NCBI GenBank assembly: GCA_038893355.1
Contig: JAWARQ010000004.1
Coordinates: forward strand, 64,001-128,000
Origin: Sulfolobaceae archaeon
Lineage (GTDB): Archaea > Thermoproteota > Thermoprotei_A > Sulfolobales > Sulfolobaceae
Direction: 5' to 3'
Length of the DNA: 64,000 bases
Position 1 is the first letter of the stretch. Every line of letters begins with the position of its first letter. A program made the position numbers and the translations under genes. The notes beneath the pieces were generated by a model. It was given only the letters and a program-made list of their open reading frames with translations, searched no databases and was not told the origin of the DNA. Of the stretch, positions 62,518 through 64,000 are shown one piece after another.

Positions 62518-62679
62518 AACAGATATTTCTATCTTGTAAAAATAAATCTTATCATTAAAGCTTTAGGGCAAGGTATTAAAATTAAAGATAACGAGAATAA
62601 CAAAATATTTAGAAATTCAAACTCTTCGTTTCACTTAATTTATTATTAATCTTAAATAGGAAGTAGTTAATTTTCTATT

Positions 62680-63012
62680 ATGAGTTGGAAGTTTAAGCAA
62701 GGTAGTATAATTGGTAGTAATGCACCGAAATCTTGTACAATTGATGTAATAGCAGAACGTCTATCTAAAGAACTAAATATAGATTATAGTAAGGCTCATT
62801 TAATATCACAAGAAATTTTAATAAAAGTATTTAAAGAGAGAAAATATAGATTAAAAGATATTTTATCAAGCTTGAATATTTCAGATAATGTTTTAATAAA
62901 ATTATTCAGTATTTCATCAGAAGTAGATAGTGAAATAAGGGAGTTTATTATTAAAAATAAAATTAACTTACAAGATGAAAAGTCGTTAAAGGTTCTTAAA
63001 GATTTATTATGA
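62680..63012 (+). CDS. Hypothetical protein
   Basis: 110-aa ORF co-oriented with the downstream gene. Confidence 0.45.
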   Translation: MSWKFKQGSIIGSNAPKSCTIDVIAERLSKELNIDYSKAHLISQEILIKVFKERKYRLKDILSSLNISDNVLIKLFSISSEVDSEIREFIIKNKINLQDEKSLKVLKDLL

Positions 63013-63031
63013 GAGTTTCCAAAGACTAATT

Positions 63032-63310
63032 ATGAAACTTCAAGAAAACGAAATTCTAGATAGATTAAAGAGTTTAAAAGGATGGAAATACGAAAATGGA
63101 AGAATAAGAAAAGAGCTGAGATTTAAAGATTTTAAAGAAGCCATAAATTTCTTAGTTAAATTACAGCCAGTTGCCGACTCTCTAGATCATCACCCTGATA
63201 TTTGTGTACAGTATAACAAAGTTATAATTGAAATCTTTACTCATGATGTAAATGGTATAACTGAAAAGGATTTCGAATTGGCTAGAGAGATAGATAAGTT
63301 ACTGCCTTAG
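63032..63310 (+). CDS. Pterin-4a-carbinolamine dehydratase
   Basis: F.DF, DHHPD and THD..G.T..D..LA. Confidence 0.9.
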   Translation: MKLQENEILDRLKSLKGWKYENGRIRKELRFKDFKEAINFLVKLQPVADSLDHHPDICVQYNKVIIEIFTHDVNGITEKDFELAREIDKLLP

Positions 63311-64000
63311 CTTATATTTATTCCACACTTCTTTTATTTCATCTAATGACTGTGGATTCTCCAAAGCAGAAGTATCGCCAACTGGTTTGTTTAAGATTAT
63401 AGCTCTAATTAATCTTCTCATAATTTTTGCGTTTCTAGTTTTTGGTAGTTCCCTCACAAAAATTATATCTTCTGGCATGTATGCTTTACCTAGTTTCCTC
63501 TCTAAATATGTTATTAAGTCCTCTTTCTTAACTTCTCCCTTAGATACTGCAAAACAGTAAATTACCTCACCCTTTATCTCATGCGGAATTCCTACGCATG
63601 CTGATTCTACTATTAGTGGATAGGAGTTAATACTATCCTCGATCTCAGCAGGACCAATTCTCTTACCTGCCACTTTTATGACGTCATCACTTCTTCCCAC
63701 TATGTAAATATAACCTTCATTATCATAATATGCTAAATCTCCATGAACCCATACACCCTCCCATCTGGACCAATAAGTCCTTAAGTATCTTTCCTCATCC
63801 CTCCAAAATCCTCTTGTAATACCTGGCCATACACTTAGTACTACTAATTCACCTTCAGTAAATGGTTTTGCTAGCTTTCCGTCTTCATCAAAGATACTAA
63901 CTTCCATACCTGGAGAAGCGCCATTAAATGATGAAGGTTTGATTTCTTTAATTACATAGTTTCCTACTATTCCACCAGAAATCTCAGTGCCTCCAGAATA
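63299..64000 (-). CDS. AMP-forming acyl-CoA/acetyl-CoA synthetase (C-terminal part; 5' end outside the window)
   Basis: GGTEISG, WPG, HGD, GRSDD.IKVAGKR.G and LPKTRNAKIMRR. Confidence 0.9.
   Translation of the reverse strand, partial: YSGGTEISGGIVGNYVIKEIKPSSFNGASPGMEVSIFDEDGKLAKPFTEGELVVLSVWPGITRGFWRDEERYLRTYWSRWEGVWVHGDLAYYDNEGYIYIVGRSDDVIKVAGKRIGPAEIEDSINSYPLIVESACVGIPHEIKGEVIYCFAVSKGEVKKEDLITYLERKLGKAYMPEDIIFVRELPKTRNAKIMRRLIRAIILNKPVGDTSALENPQSLDEIKEVWNKYKLRQ

Overview
Very AT-rich, gene-dense chromosomal window from a thermoacidophilic crenarchaeon (order Sulfolobales), judged from its gene content: coalescin-like SMC ATPase, herA-mre11-rad50-nurA, archaeal PEP carboxylase, the ups pilus operon with its nth/parB/GT2/lhr neighbours, a GAT-QueC fusion and 3-hydroxypropionyl-CoA dehydratase. 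It is mostly core genome. I found no rRNA, tRNA, CRISPR array or intact transposase. Several features are not explained by the ORF track: (1) mre11 has no in-frame ATG/GTG/TTG ahead of its first catalytic motif and appears to start at ATT; (2) four C/D-box guide RNAs plus an H/ACA-like hairpin sitting directly in front of one of them, some with guides complementary to the 23S peptidyl-transferase centre; (3) an L7Ae K-loop in the rpl7ae leader; (4) a second nurA-herA operon with extra genes and an OLD-like ABC ATPase with an apparently dead TOPRIM domain; (5) many exact in-frame micro-duplications in Rad50, a ferritin-like protein and UpsX; (6) an unannotated 44-aa coiled-coil gene. Family assignments come from motif recognition and recall of Sulfolobales gene order, not from database searches.
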